From the IMG/VR virus record IMGVR_UViG_3300033475_000058, positions 1-43,534 of that record: 43,534 bases of DNA; one strand, given 5' to 3'. The DNA comes from a virus (lineage: Duplodnaviria > Caudoviricetes). Within the stretch, counting starts at the first letter, position 1. Each line of letters opens with the position of its first letter. Below, one piece after another: positions 18,142 to 27,795 of this stretch. Under the pieces are notes generated by a model, which saw only the letters and a list, made by a program, of their open reading frames with translations, was not told the DNA's origin and ran no database searches. The translations under genes were made by a program, and so were the position numbers.

Positions 18142-19052
18142 GGACGATCAGCTTCAAGAAAGTGCTCGAAGGGGCATTGCGGCGAATTGGTCTCGATCCG
18201 ACGACCGTTCCGACTTCTACAAAGGTTGCCTGGGCCGGGTACCTCACCGAACGATGCCGCGAGGCTTGGGAATGGTTCGACTGGCCAGAGATGAAGGTTC
18301 TCGAGGAACGCGTGTATGCGGACCGATACGAAGACCTCGATTCCGACGACATTCTTGTTGGCGATGTCGTCTACTACAATGGCTATTACTGGGAGGCGCT
18401 AACGACCGGTCCGGCGACCGAGCCATACGACGGCGCTCCGGATTGGGAGATCACGAATCGAATCGATCGAATTATCCCGATCGACCAGACGTTTTACCGG
18501 ACGATCGACGAGGTATTTAACGTCTTTTCCCGGAATCCACTGACCTTCAATTGCTCCTGTCCGGCGTACTACAGCTATTACAGCGTCTTCGGGTGGCCTC
18601 CGAGCTTCGTCAGTCTCAAGCTTCTCTATTTTCTGGATGAGAGGGGAATCATCCTGCCGGCCAATGCTCCAAACTCGGTCTGGATCGAGTACAACCCAAT
18701 GCCGAGCGAGTTCGCCTACGTGCCTTGGGATTCCGGGACCACTTATCAGGTCGGGGACATCGTTTACCTCGATTCGACGGGCGATTGCTACAAGGCGCGC
18801 CAGCCGTCGACAAACATCACGCCAACGACGGTAGACCAGACGGCCTTTTGGCAAAAGCAGGTCGTGCCCCGGGTGCTCAGCCGATTCATGGAGCGGGCCT
18901 GCTCCGGTGACGGCCTCCTCGAAGACGGGCAGACAGACGCAGGCGACAACGCAATTTCAAAAGCCTGGGACGCGCTTGTTCAGGAAAAGGACAACGTAAC
19001 GCTCAGACAAGACCAACAACGATACAGCGGCTTCTCGGTCGAGGTCAGATAG
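18138..19052 (+). CDS. Head-tail adaptor with carbohydrate-binding-like inserts
   Basis: AWEWFDWPE; WDSGTTYQVGDIVY-type repeats. Confidence 0.6.
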   Translation: MRTISFKKVLEGALRRIGLDPTTVPTSTKVAWAGYLTERCREAWEWFDWPEMKVLEERVYADRYEDLDSDDILVGDVVYYNGYYWEALTTGPATEPYDGAPDWEITNRIDRIIPIDQTFYRTIDEVFNVFSRNPLTFNCSCPAYYSYYSVFGWPPSFVSLKLLYFLDERGIILPANAPNSVWIEYNPMPSEFAYVPWDSGTTYQVGDIVYLDSTGDCYKARQPSTNITPTTVDQTAFWQKQVVPRVLSRFMERACSGDGLLEDGQTDAGDNAISKAWDALVQEKDNVTLRQDQQRYSGFSVEVR

Positions 19053-19060
19053 GGGAAAAT

Positions 19061-19330
19061 ATGGCAGACTCACCACTAAGCGGAATCGGAGAAATCACGA
19101 CGAGCGCGACGCCCAATACATGGGTTGACCTACCGGCAATTCCTTGTCGCCGCGTTGCAATCTACAATCTCTCAGGGAATCAAATTCTCATTCGGCAGGA
19201 TAGCGGCGGGGTGTCGCTTCCATTGAACAACGGGAACGCTTATCCGTTCGCCGGAATTACCAGCGTTGGTCAATTCGCGATCTCCTGCTCTGTGGCATCG
19301 CAGGTCATTCAATACCGCTGGGAGCTATGA
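19061..19330 (+). CDS. Small beta-rich structural protein
   Basis: Composition and context. Confidence 0.6.
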   Translation: MADSPLSGIGEITTSATPNTWVDLPAIPCRRVAIYNLSGNQILIRQDSGGVSLPLNNGNAYPFAGITSVGQFAISCSVASQVIQYRWEL

Positions 19331-21180
19331 TTACCAATCAGGCAGGCCGGATCGACAATCCGGAAATTCAAGAGCTGCAAGATGGGGTAGTGACGTACCC
19401 TAAACTCAACAGCGATCTAGTCGCGACAGACGCCGAGACCATTGCCGGAACCGTACCGGACAAGATCACCACAGTCACCGGAGTAAAGGCGGCGCTGGAT
19501 AACGCGGTATTCTCAGCAAATATCCCGGCGATCACTAGCGCGGTGGGGGCGGTGAATCGTTTTTCACAAGACGACAGCCTTCCTGGCACCGGAGCGGCGA
19601 CGACCTACGGGTTTTCTCCGCAAACCGGGACTACGTCGTCCTCTGGCAACGTCAGAGTGATTTTTTACAATCATCCGATTTTGGTCAGATCGACTTTGGC
19701 GACCGTCTTTTTCCGATCTCCGGGGTCTGGAACAATCAAAATTCAGGTGCGGCGAATCGACGGGAAAAACGTCACGCTTGTCTCTCAATCCGCAGACATC
19801 GCGATCGCTTCCGGAGACAATAACCTCACGCCGACAGATTGGGTCACACCGATCACTTTGAACCCGGGTGATTTCATCTCGGTATATGCGACACAGCCCT
19901 ACGTCATCTATTCCGGAAACGCTTCGGACCTTCAAATCTACATCTACAACGTTAACGGAAACACGCCGACAAATACTCTCGTAAGTGACTACATCGTTGC
20001 GGGGCAAACGGAGGGGTTTGCGTGGTCGGCTGTTCCATTGGCCCCCAGGAATTCCGGCGTCGTTTCCGGTCTAAAAACACAGCTCTACAATGAGACGTTC
20101 GGAAGCTCTGCCCCGGCGGCATGGACATTCGTTACAAGTGGAGGCCCTTGGACGTTCAGCGGAGGGATAATCACTCCCAACGGCGCAGGGGATATGACCC
20201 AGCGCGCCACGATGGGAAATTACCTGTGCGGCGAGCAAATGACGCTGGAATGGGTGATTCAGCCGCAATCGGTATCCGCGATTATTGGTTTCGGCGTTGA
20301 AAATAACTGCCTCTGTCTGATCGACGGCGTCGCCTCGACGATCACTATGCGAAACGGAGGAGCGAATACGGCATCGCTCCCGGCTGCATACCAGACCGCC
20401 ACGATTCCTTCCCTAATTTCCGGAAGGACGTACATCGTCCGTCTGGTCAGAGACCGTCGCATCAACACATTCTCGATTTACGATCCGATCGCAAACGTCA
20501 CCACCAGCGTTGTGGAGGACAAAGGGAACGTCAGCGGAACGGATTACACCTTGGTCAGCGGAGCAATGGACGGATTGCCGTACATCCTGAATCGAGCGCA
20601 GTCCACGAAGATCCTGACTCTCCGCGTCTTCTGGGACTTGAATCGACCGTTGGCTTGGATTGTCGGCGACTCGATCACGGCAGGCTTCAGCGTCACGATC
20701 CCGTCTCGCTGGTCTCAGATGGTGAAAGATGCACTCGGCGGTTCGGCGCTGATCTGGGGCGTGGGTGGAGCAGCGTCTCCATTGGGAACTACTGCCTTTC
20801 TTGGGGATTTTGTGTCGGCCAGGCCAAAAGTGCTTATCTACGCATTCGGGACAAACGACACGGATTCAAATCTTGCTCAGTACAAGTTCAATTTCTGGAT
20901 CGTTAAGCGGTGGTGCGAGATTTACGGCGTGATTTTCGCGCCTGTGGTGCTCGGAAACACGCCGTCAAAGACGTTCACGAACATGAATGCCTTCATTTTG
21001 GCTCAGGCGGCCCTCTTCCCAAACATTCGACCGATTCGATGGGACTACGCCATCACGCTCAACCACGACGGCACCACATACGTTCCGGGTAATTACATCG
21101 ACCAAATCCACCCCACGCAAGCCGCTCAGCCTTTGCTCGTCTATCCGGTCTTCGATGCCGTTCCAGAACTCCTTGAATAA
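19327..21180 (+). CDS. Tailspike/fibre with C-terminal SGNH (GDSL) esterase
   Basis: VGDSIT, GTND, DQIHP catalytic blocks. Confidence 0.8.
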   Translation: MITNQAGRIDNPEIQELQDGVVTYPKLNSDLVATDAETIAGTVPDKITTVTGVKAALDNAVFSANIPAITSAVGAVNRFSQDDSLPGTGAATTYGFSPQTGTTSSSGNVRVIFYNHPILVRSTLATVFFRSPGSGTIKIQVRRIDGKNVTLVSQSADIAIASGDNNLTPTDWVTPITLNPGDFISVYATQPYVIYSGNASDLQIYIYNVNGNTPTNTLVSDYIVAGQTEGFAWSAVPLAPRNSGVVSGLKTQLYNETFGSSAPAAWTFVTSGGPWTFSGGIITPNGAGDMTQRATMGNYLCGEQMTLEWVIQPQSVSAIIGFGVENNCLCLIDGVASTITMRNGGANTASLPAAYQTATIPSLISGRTYIVRLVRDRRINTFSIYDPIANVTTSVVEDKGNVSGTDYTLVSGAMDGLPYILNRAQSTKILTLRVFWDLNRPLAWIVGDSITAGFSVTIPSRWSQMVKDALGGSALIWGVGGAASPLGTTAFLGDFVSARPKVLIYAFGTNDTDSNLAQYKFNFWIVKRWCEIYGVIFAPVVLGNTPSKTFTNMNAFILAQAALFPNIRPIRWDYAITLNHDGTTYVPGNYIDQIHPTQAAQPLLVYPVFDAVPELLE

Positions 21181-21181
21181 T

Positions 21182-21664
21182 ATGAAAAACATCATCATCG
21201 CCATCCTGTTCGCAACTGCCGCAAGCGCGTTTTCTCAAAACACGATCGCTTGGCCAAAATGGGTCGGTCAGGCCAATCAGGTCCAGGGTGCGTCAACTGA
21301 CGTTGGAGGTGGCGTTCAGGCGCCAACGCTGGCAACTACAGCCGCCCCAAGCACCTCTACAACTCCAGCGACGAATGCTCAGGCGATCAAGGCTGTTACG
21401 ACTGCGGGTACACCCGTTCAGCTTGTGGCGACATCGACTCTGGTGGATGCCGTCGAGATTTTTGCAAGGAAGAATTCCACCACTGCAAACACTGGAAATG
21501 TGTACGTCGGATTCAGTTCGACAGGCGGTCAGAACTTCCGGGTTTTGGCTCCCGGGGAGACGTTCTCCGAGAAGGCGCCAGACGGAAAGAAAATCGACCT
21601 TTCCTTAATCTACATCGACGCCGCAACCAACGCAGACGCCGTGATCTACACCTCAATCAACTGA
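21182..21664 (+). CDS. Structural-like beta-sandwich protein with predicted Sec signal peptide
   Basis: MKNIIIAILFATAASAFSQ...; NTGNVYVG..LAPGE. Confidence 0.7.
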   Translation: MKNIIIAILFATAASAFSQNTIAWPKWVGQANQVQGASTDVGGGVQAPTLATTAAPSTSTTPATNAQAIKAVTTAGTPVQLVATSTLVDAVEIFARKNSTTANTGNVYVGFSSTGGQNFRVLAPGETFSEKAPDGKKIDLSLIYIDAATNADAVIYTSIN

Positions 21665-22263
21665 TGAAAACAGCAATCCTCGCCCTATTTCTAATCCCCT
21701 CGATCTGCTTCGCGCAGATTGGCGGAACCAAGCCATCTTTCAATGCGCCAGCGCCGCCTCCGATTGGTCTTCAGGCAGACGGAACCACTGCAGGGACGCC
21801 GAACAAGGCGGCTTTCACAACCATTTCATCCGTTCAGGCAATCAACTTCAACGATCCTTTCTCTGGCGCTCTGGTAAGTACCAGTTTCGGGCTAAGATTC
21901 GATGGTCAGCTACTCTATCCAACGGACAGCGTCCGCGATCTCGGGTTGTCGTCTCCATTGCGAGCGTGGAGGAATTTGTATGTCGGCGGAATCTTTCCTT
22001 CGAAGACAATTACGCCAACTGGAACGACCGGGGCACAGACCATCAACACCACTTCTGGATCGGTCAATTTCGCCGCTGCGGCAACGTCACTTGTCGTCAC
22101 AAACTCACTCGTTTCAACGACGAGCGTAATTATCTGCACCGTTGGAACGAACGATTCCAGCATGCACGCCGCGACCGCCGTTGCTGCCGCTGGCTCATTC
22201 ACTCTTCGTCCAGACGTTCCTCCGTCTGCGGAAACTCGCGTCAATTTCTTTATCACGAACTGA
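21664..22263 (+). CDS. Fibre-like protein with predicted signal peptide
   Basis: MKTAILALFLIPSICFAQ...; TTGAQTINTTSGSVNFAAAATSLVVTNSLV. Confidence 0.7.
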   Translation: MKTAILALFLIPSICFAQIGGTKPSFNAPAPPPIGLQADGTTAGTPNKAAFTTISSVQAINFNDPFSGALVSTSFGLRFDGQLLYPTDSVRDLGLSSPLRAWRNLYVGGIFPSKTITPTGTTGAQTINTTSGSVNFAAAATSLVVTNSLVSTTSVIICTVGTNDSSMHAATAVAAAGSFTLRPDVPPSAETRVNFFITN

Positions 22264-23285
22264 TGAAATCTCTCGCTGCACTCATTTCGTTTTTGTCGCT
22301 GGCCTGTTCTGGGTTGTGCGCGGGCCCGAATGCGCTGGACCTACAAGTCTTGCAACGTGACGCGACGAATAGTTTTAACGGCGCAAACTGGCTGGGATTC
22401 ACTGGTGACGGCGTTGTTGGGTATAATGCCTCGCTTGCAGTTCCGGTGCCTCTCCTGCTCAGTTCTGATCTCGTTATCTCGAGCGGAACTCTGACGATTT
22501 CGAATAGCATTTCCCGAGTCACATCCGCAAATAGCACCGCTTCCGGGTTGTCTATGGGCGTCGCTGGAAACACAGCCACCCTTTCCGGAACTCCGACCAC
22601 GATCAGCGGGAATATCACTCAAAGCCAGGTGACAAATCTGGTTGCCGATCTCGCAGGTAAATTCCCGAATCCATCAGGGACGAGTGCTCAATATGTCCGA
22701 GGTGATGGCGTACTGGCGACCCTGCCAGCCTCCGGGTCTGGAACCGTAACAAGCGTCGGCCTGTCGTCCACGGATTTCACGGTCTCCGGATCTCCGGTCA
22801 CAACTTCGGGTTCGATCACTGCCAATCTCAACACGGTCGGAACTGCCGGCACGTACAGTGGTGTCACTACCGATTCAAAAGGCCGAGTCACGGCAGGAAC
22901 CACGCGCTCCTTCAACAACACGGCATCCAAGACCCTTGTCACGTCGGCAACCGGTCAGGGCGGAACCGTTTTGGACGCCTCACGCGATGCCGCGGTGACC
23001 TATTCTGTGTCCACCTCAACGACGGCCACAATCGGCGGGGCTTCTTCGGTGACGGTCTATCTCGAGATCGCAACGACCAATAGCGCGACGGCGTCGGACT
23101 GGACGGCAATCCAGACCGTGAGCAACGGGCAGACGATCACCTTGGCGGTCGTGCTCCAGAGCGTGCAGACGAACGTACTTACCGTCAGCGGAATCGTTCC
23201 CGCCGGTTACTATATGCGTGTCCGATACGCCACCACGGGGACAGCATCGGCCAGTTACGTAAATGGCCAGGAGGTCAAATTGTAA
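22263..23285 (+). CDS. Tail-fibre-like protein with predicted signal peptide
   Basis: MKSLAALISFLSLACSGLCA...; QYVRGDG, GTVTSVGLS, VTTDSKGRVTAG fibre motifs. Confidence 0.75.
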   Translation: MKSLAALISFLSLACSGLCAGPNALDLQVLQRDATNSFNGANWLGFTGDGVVGYNASLAVPVPLLLSSDLVISSGTLTISNSISRVTSANSTASGLSMGVAGNTATLSGTPTTISGNITQSQVTNLVADLAGKFPNPSGTSAQYVRGDGVLATLPASGSGTVTSVGLSSTDFTVSGSPVTTSGSITANLNTVGTAGTYSGVTTDSKGRVTAGTTRSFNNTASKTLVTSATGQGGTVLDASRDAAVTYSVSTSTTATIGGASSVTVYLEIATTNSATASDWTAIQTVSNGQTITLAVVLQSVQTNVLTVSGIVPAGYYMRVRYATTGTASASYVNGQEVKL

Positions 23286-23548
23286 TGGCCGACGCACCCC
23301 AGCAATTCGACCCGGCACCCTGGTGGGTGCGAGAGATGCGACCGTATGGACTCACCGGTCTGCTTCTCGCGGCGTCGTGCTGGTTTGTCTTCGACACCAA
23401 CGCCCGCAAAGACCGCCAGATCGACGCCAAGGACGCACTGATCGCAAAAATGGGTGACGCCATGATTGCTGCGCTGAATGAGTCCTCAAAGTCAAACTGG
23501 ACAGTTGTTTCCACACTTCAAGCACTCCGAGATGACCTGAAAAAATGA
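23285..23548 (+). CDS. Putative holin or inner-membrane spanin
   Basis: Single TM then coiled coil; upstream of lysin candidate. Confidence 0.5.
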   Translation: MADAPQQFDPAPWWVREMRPYGLTGLLLAASCWFVFDTNARKDRQIDAKDALIAKMGDAMIAALNESSKSNWTVVSTLQALRDDLKK

Positions 23549-23763
23549 AAATATCCATTCGTCGAAACCACATGTCTATCCATTACGTCGCGCTGGTTTT
23601 TGCGGCGGCGGTCCTATTTTTGATCATAACCGTTCTTTCAGGGTGCGCTTTGGAGACACCGAAGGTGTACGCGAAAATACCCAATACCCCGTACAGCGCA
23701 TACGTGTACGCAGGGGGTGGAATTGCTGACACGGAATCGCCAGACGCTCCAGATAATCAATGA
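23545..23763 (+). CDS. Putative lipoprotein (spanin-like)
   Basis: Hydrophobic stretch ending in LSGC lipobox. Confidence 0.5.
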   Translation: MKISIRRNHMSIHYVALVFAAAVLFLIITVLSGCALETPKVYAKIPNTPYSAYVYAGGGIADTESPDAPDNQ

Positions 23764-24155
23764 AACACACTGTAAAAGCATCGTCCTTCGCCGATCCCGC
23801 CGACATTGCCGCATTCAAGAAATGCAAGGCCAGAGGTAACAGTGATGCCGTGTGCTTTTCGGTCGGTGACAACGGGATTGGATGCTGGGGTGACGACTGC
23901 ACCCGATCTATCCCGATGTGCGCCCTCCCTCCCGAGGACATGGAGGAGAAGTGGGGAAGCATCAATGCGGCGAAGCATAAAGGTGTGCGTGTCGAGGCGA
24001 ACGGAAAATCCGTGGTCTGCATCCTTGCCGACCGAATGCCCAGACGCGCCAATATCAAAAACGGTGCTGGAATTGACCTCTCTCCCGCCGCTGTGGCCGC
24101 CCTTGGACTAAAAACGCCTCTGATGGTGGCCGCAACCTGGGAGTGGACATCTTGA
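23760..24155 (+). CDS. Putative endolysin, RlpA/DPBB lytic-transglycosylase fold
   Basis: KSVVCILADRMP...IDLSPAAVAALG. Confidence 0.6.
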   Translation: MKHTVKASSFADPADIAAFKKCKARGNSDAVCFSVGDNGIGCWGDDCTRSIPMCALPPEDMEEKWGSINAAKHKGVRVEANGKSVVCILADRMPRRANIKNGAGIDLSPAAVAALGLKTPLMVAATWEWTS

Positions 24156-26251
24156 ACGCTCCGACAGTCATCGACGGGGACCAAGGCTGGGAGAAGTTCG
24201 ATGCGAAGTCGAATCCCGAGCTCTTACAGCCTGGCACGTTGCAGCGGTCGACCAATCTTAGACTCGACCGGGGGATTGCCACGGTCCGAAAAGGGGCATT
24301 TCGTCGTGGTGACCTTATCACAGGTCGGGATGTTCTCACGCTGGATTTCAACCTTGCTCCAGACATCAACGTGTCGTCGATTGTGCGTTCTGCCTCAGTC
24401 GCAACGGTCACTGTCTCCTCTCCGCATGGCATGAGCGTCGGAACGATTGTAAACCTTCGCGACACCGGTATCGCAGCCTACAACGGTGACTTCTTTGTCA
24501 CCTCAGTTCCGTCTTCGACCAGTTTCACGTTTACGGTGACCGGCGCTCCAGGAAATGTTGGAGCGGTTGGAGTGATGAATGCTGGCCCCGTGCTGGGAAC
24601 TGGTCCGCTCGAAGATCCAATCCGAACCGCTGCCCGATACGTCAACGCCGCCGCTGCCGGAAAGCCTGAGTACATCATTCTGGCCTCGAAATTCCGATCC
24701 TACCACTACCGGGAGGGCGTTGTGCAAATCCCGATCATCGAATACCCGGCGGGGGAGACTGTCGACGAAACCGACGACGTTTCCTTGGTGCAGGCGAATG
24801 ACCGCATGTATTTGCTTCGTTCACCAGTGGAAGAGGGGCTTTTCGCACCTTTCACCGTTACGTCAATCACTCGGGACGGAATGGTCGCAACCGCAACCGC
24901 AGTTGGGCATTACATGCAGGTCGGCAATCGCGTCCGGATCATCGGAACAGCGCAAGCGGCCTACAATCAGGAATTCGACATCACGTCGATTACGCCGGAC
25001 ACGTTTACGTTCAACGTTTCCTTCGATCCAGTCACGCCGGCCACGCCCGATAACTCGGTAATCACTGCGCAGAGGGTGAAGCCTCCGATGTATTGGGACG
25101 GCGTCTCGCCGGTCTGGACCGTCACTCCTGGGGGTAGCAATCCGGCAGGGGCCACGTTCTCTAGGATGCCCGGAAATTCCGCCATCGCGGTCTATTTCAA
25201 CAACCAATTCGGCATCGCCCGCAGCAATGACGAATGGTGGCTCTCCGACATCTTCGACCCAGACACCTACGATCCGTTCACGAAGTCATTTCGCACCGGC
25301 GCCGGAGGAAATGACTACATCGTCGCGGCTCACGTCTTCGCCGACCGTGACTTGCTGGTTTTCTGCCGATACTCGATCTGGCGAATTCACATCGAACTAG
25401 ATTCAACCGGCACTTCGATCGACACCGCTGCAAGCTACATCGCGATTGTCACCACTGAAGTAGGATGCCGCGCGCGCAATAGCGTGGCGATGGTGCGGAA
25501 CTACATCTATTTCCTCTCAGACTCGGGCGTCTATCGCATCGACCCCAACTTCACCGAGCAGCGCCTCACCGAGCAGACGCTTTTACTTTCATACCCGATC
25601 GAGCCGATCTTAACCGACCTGAACTTGGACGAGGCCGATAAAGCTTCCGCGTCATTCCAAGACAACCGCTACTGGCTCCTCATCCAGCGAAACGGCGACG
25701 GCGGCTCTGCGAACACGCTGCTTTCGTTCTTCCTGCTCAACGACGGCTGGGAGTCCGTAGACGCGTTCACGGGACTGGACGGCGTTCAGCTCGTCAAGGC
25801 ACTCTACAACAACAAGGAGCGGCTATTCTGCGCCAGCGAAGGGGCGGGTGTACTATTCCTGTTGAATGAGAAAAAAGACGGCGACGATCCGGCGGACTCC
25901 GACCTTCCTATCGTCGAGATCACCGGCACCGGATTGGCTCGCCGGTATATCTGTGGCGATAGCTTCAATCCGAAAAGGTTCGTCCGTTTCAAGTCGCTGG
26001 TAAATCTCGCGGCCAATGGTTCCGCAGCGGCCACGGCCTTCTATCTAAATCCGGAAACGACTCAGCCGCTTTCAACGACGATCGCCACAACCGCAGAAGA
26101 TTACGCGCTGAAACTTCCGCTTCGAAATCGCGCTCACGCCGTAGACATGCAGATGGCTCTCACAAAGCCGGACTCCGAGTGGAGAAACTGCGCCGTCGAG
26201 GCAACAACTTCTGGACAACCTCCAGACACAAGGAGTAGAACTCAAAACTAG
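24143..26251 (+). CDS. Podoviral tail nozzle/DNA stabilisation protein
   Basis: 702 aa; two xTR..VAT.T...H...G..V.I repeats; GC.ARNSV..IYFLSDSGVY propeller-type motif. Confidence 0.7.
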   Translation: MDILNAPTVIDGDQGWEKFDAKSNPELLQPGTLQRSTNLRLDRGIATVRKGAFRRGDLITGRDVLTLDFNLAPDINVSSIVRSASVATVTVSSPHGMSVGTIVNLRDTGIAAYNGDFFVTSVPSSTSFTFTVTGAPGNVGAVGVMNAGPVLGTGPLEDPIRTAARYVNAAAAGKPEYIILASKFRSYHYREGVVQIPIIEYPAGETVDETDDVSLVQANDRMYLLRSPVEEGLFAPFTVTSITRDGMVATATAVGHYMQVGNRVRIIGTAQAAYNQEFDITSITPDTFTFNVSFDPVTPATPDNSVITAQRVKPPMYWDGVSPVWTVTPGGSNPAGATFSRMPGNSAIAVYFNNQFGIARSNDEWWLSDIFDPDTYDPFTKSFRTGAGGNDYIVAAHVFADRDLLVFCRYSIWRIHIELDSTGTSIDTAASYIAIVTTEVGCRARNSVAMVRNYIYFLSDSGVYRIDPNFTEQRLTEQTLLLSYPIEPILTDLNLDEADKASASFQDNRYWLLIQRNGDGGSANTLLSFFLLNDGWESVDAFTGLDGVQLVKALYNNKERLFCASEGAGVLFLLNEKKDGDDPADSDLPIVEITGTGLARRYICGDSFNPKRFVRFKSLVNLAANGSAAATAFYLNPETTQPLSTTIATTAEDYALKLPLRNRAHAVDMQMALTKPDSEWRNCAVEATTSGQPPDTRSRTQN

Positions 26252-26260
26252 GGTACGCCA

Positions 26261-26818
26261 ATGGGCAATGTAACCGCGGGATATGTCTTTTCCGCCGGAG
26301 AAACAGTCACGCCGACTAAGCTTAATGCTTTGTTTGGAGGGTCTAATTTCTCTGTTGGGTCGGTGCAGGTCGTATCAATTCCGATTTCTCCTCAGTTTAC
26401 CACTCAGGTGGCTACGGCTGACGTAAATACGCCACCAACGACCGCAAACGGATTTCAAATCTTTAGCGGAGCTATCGTGCCTCGTGACACATCAAGCAAG
26501 GTAATGGTGCAATTTTCTATCACGGCTTGGGGTGCGGCTCTTATGGGGCAACAGGGTGTACCTCTTGGTCTGGCTCTGTTTAGGGGGACTACACTCATTG
26601 CATGGCGAGTTTTTAAAGGATGGGCAGATGCAGATGAGCAATTGTCATACGATGCTGGATTTTGTTTCTTGGATTCACCTGCAAGCGCAGCTTCGGTCAC
26701 TTATAGCGCCAGGCTTCATTCGGTAGGGACCAATCTTCCGATTGGAGTAAACAATAACTTCACGACAGATTTCCCGGGTGGTCCGGCTGTCCTGATTGAA
26801 TACGTAGGGGTGGCATAA
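26261..26818 (+). CDS. Short tail-fibre-like protein
   Basis: GETVTPTKLNAL anchor; LDSPASAASVTYS motif. Confidence 0.65.
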   Translation: MGNVTAGYVFSAGETVTPTKLNALFGGSNFSVGSVQVVSIPISPQFTTQVATADVNTPPTTANGFQIFSGAIVPRDTSSKVMVQFSITAWGAALMGQQGVPLGLALFRGTTLIAWRVFKGWADADEQLSYDAGFCFLDSPASAASVTYSARLHSVGTNLPIGVNNNFTTDFPGGPAVLIEYVGVA

Positions 26819-27795
26819 TGGCAAAGAAACCAAAACCGCCAGCGGACAGGAATCTTAGCAAAGAGCTTGGATCGATCAATTCCACCGCATCAGATACGTT
26901 CGGACAAAGGAACACGCAGCTCCAAGGCGCGTTCACGTCGAATCTCTCCGGTCTGGCGCAAGCTCTGAATAATGCTCGAAACTCCGAGACATCGACCAAC
27001 AAGAAGTTCATCAAAAAGAACCTCAGCGGAGCGATCAAGCAGAACAATCAGGCGCTCGCCACTTTGTCGGGAAACGTCCTGAATCCGACTGCGCTTGAAA
27101 CGCAGACTTCCAATGCGGCATCGTCTGCGTTGAATCAGCCTCAAGACCAGCTTCTACAGGCACTCAACGGACAGGCACAATCGGATCTCGCTCTAGGCCG
27201 GTCCCTTTCTCCTGAAGAAATTCGGCAGGCCACGCAACAGGCTCGTGTATCTACAGCGGCTACCGGATTCGCAGGAAGTGCACCGGGAACCTTCGCAGAG
27301 GTTCTGAACCGCGATCAATTCGCCACGGCCCGCGAGGCTCAACGACGCGCATTCGCTCAGGGTGTCGAAGGTCAGAATCAGGATGCCACGAATTCAGCCC
27401 GTTCTTTTGCTGGACAGACAAACGCCGAAGCACTGCAACGCGCTTTGGCTGGAACTCAATTCGGAGTCGCGGCAGCGAATCAGAGGCTAGCCACCAATCC
27501 TTTCATGCTGGCGCAGCAACAGCAGAGCCTTGTCCCGACCGCAGCCGGTTTCAATGGATCGCTCATCAATCAGGCTGACCCATACAACGCGATCCTGTCT
27601 TACGGAAGCGACGTGAACAACACGAACTACAACGGACAGGAGTCTCGTTATAACTCGTACCTGAATAACCAAGCCGCCTTGCAGGGCGCAGGATTGCAGG
27701 CAAGCGCCACCAGCGGCGCCGGAGGGAATGCGATGCTTGGAAGCGGGCTTGCGGCTGGCGGGGCAATCATTGGAGGAGTCGCAATCGCGATCTGA
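26818..27795 (+). CDS. Internal virion/DNA ejection protein
   Basis: Gln/Ala/Asn-rich with Gly/Ala hydrophobic C-terminus. Confidence 0.65.
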   Translation: MAKKPKPPADRNLSKELGSINSTASDTFGQRNTQLQGAFTSNLSGLAQALNNARNSETSTNKKFIKKNLSGAIKQNNQALATLSGNVLNPTALETQTSNAASSALNQPQDQLLQALNGQAQSDLALGRSLSPEEIRQATQQARVSTAATGFAGSAPGTFAEVLNRDQFATAREAQRRAFAQGVEGQNQDATNSARSFAGQTNAEALQRALAGTQFGVAAANQRLATNPFMLAQQQQSLVPTAAGFNGSLINQADPYNAILSYGSDVNNTNYNGQESRYNSYLNNQAALQGAGLQASATSGAGGNAMLGSGLAAGGAIIGGVAIAI

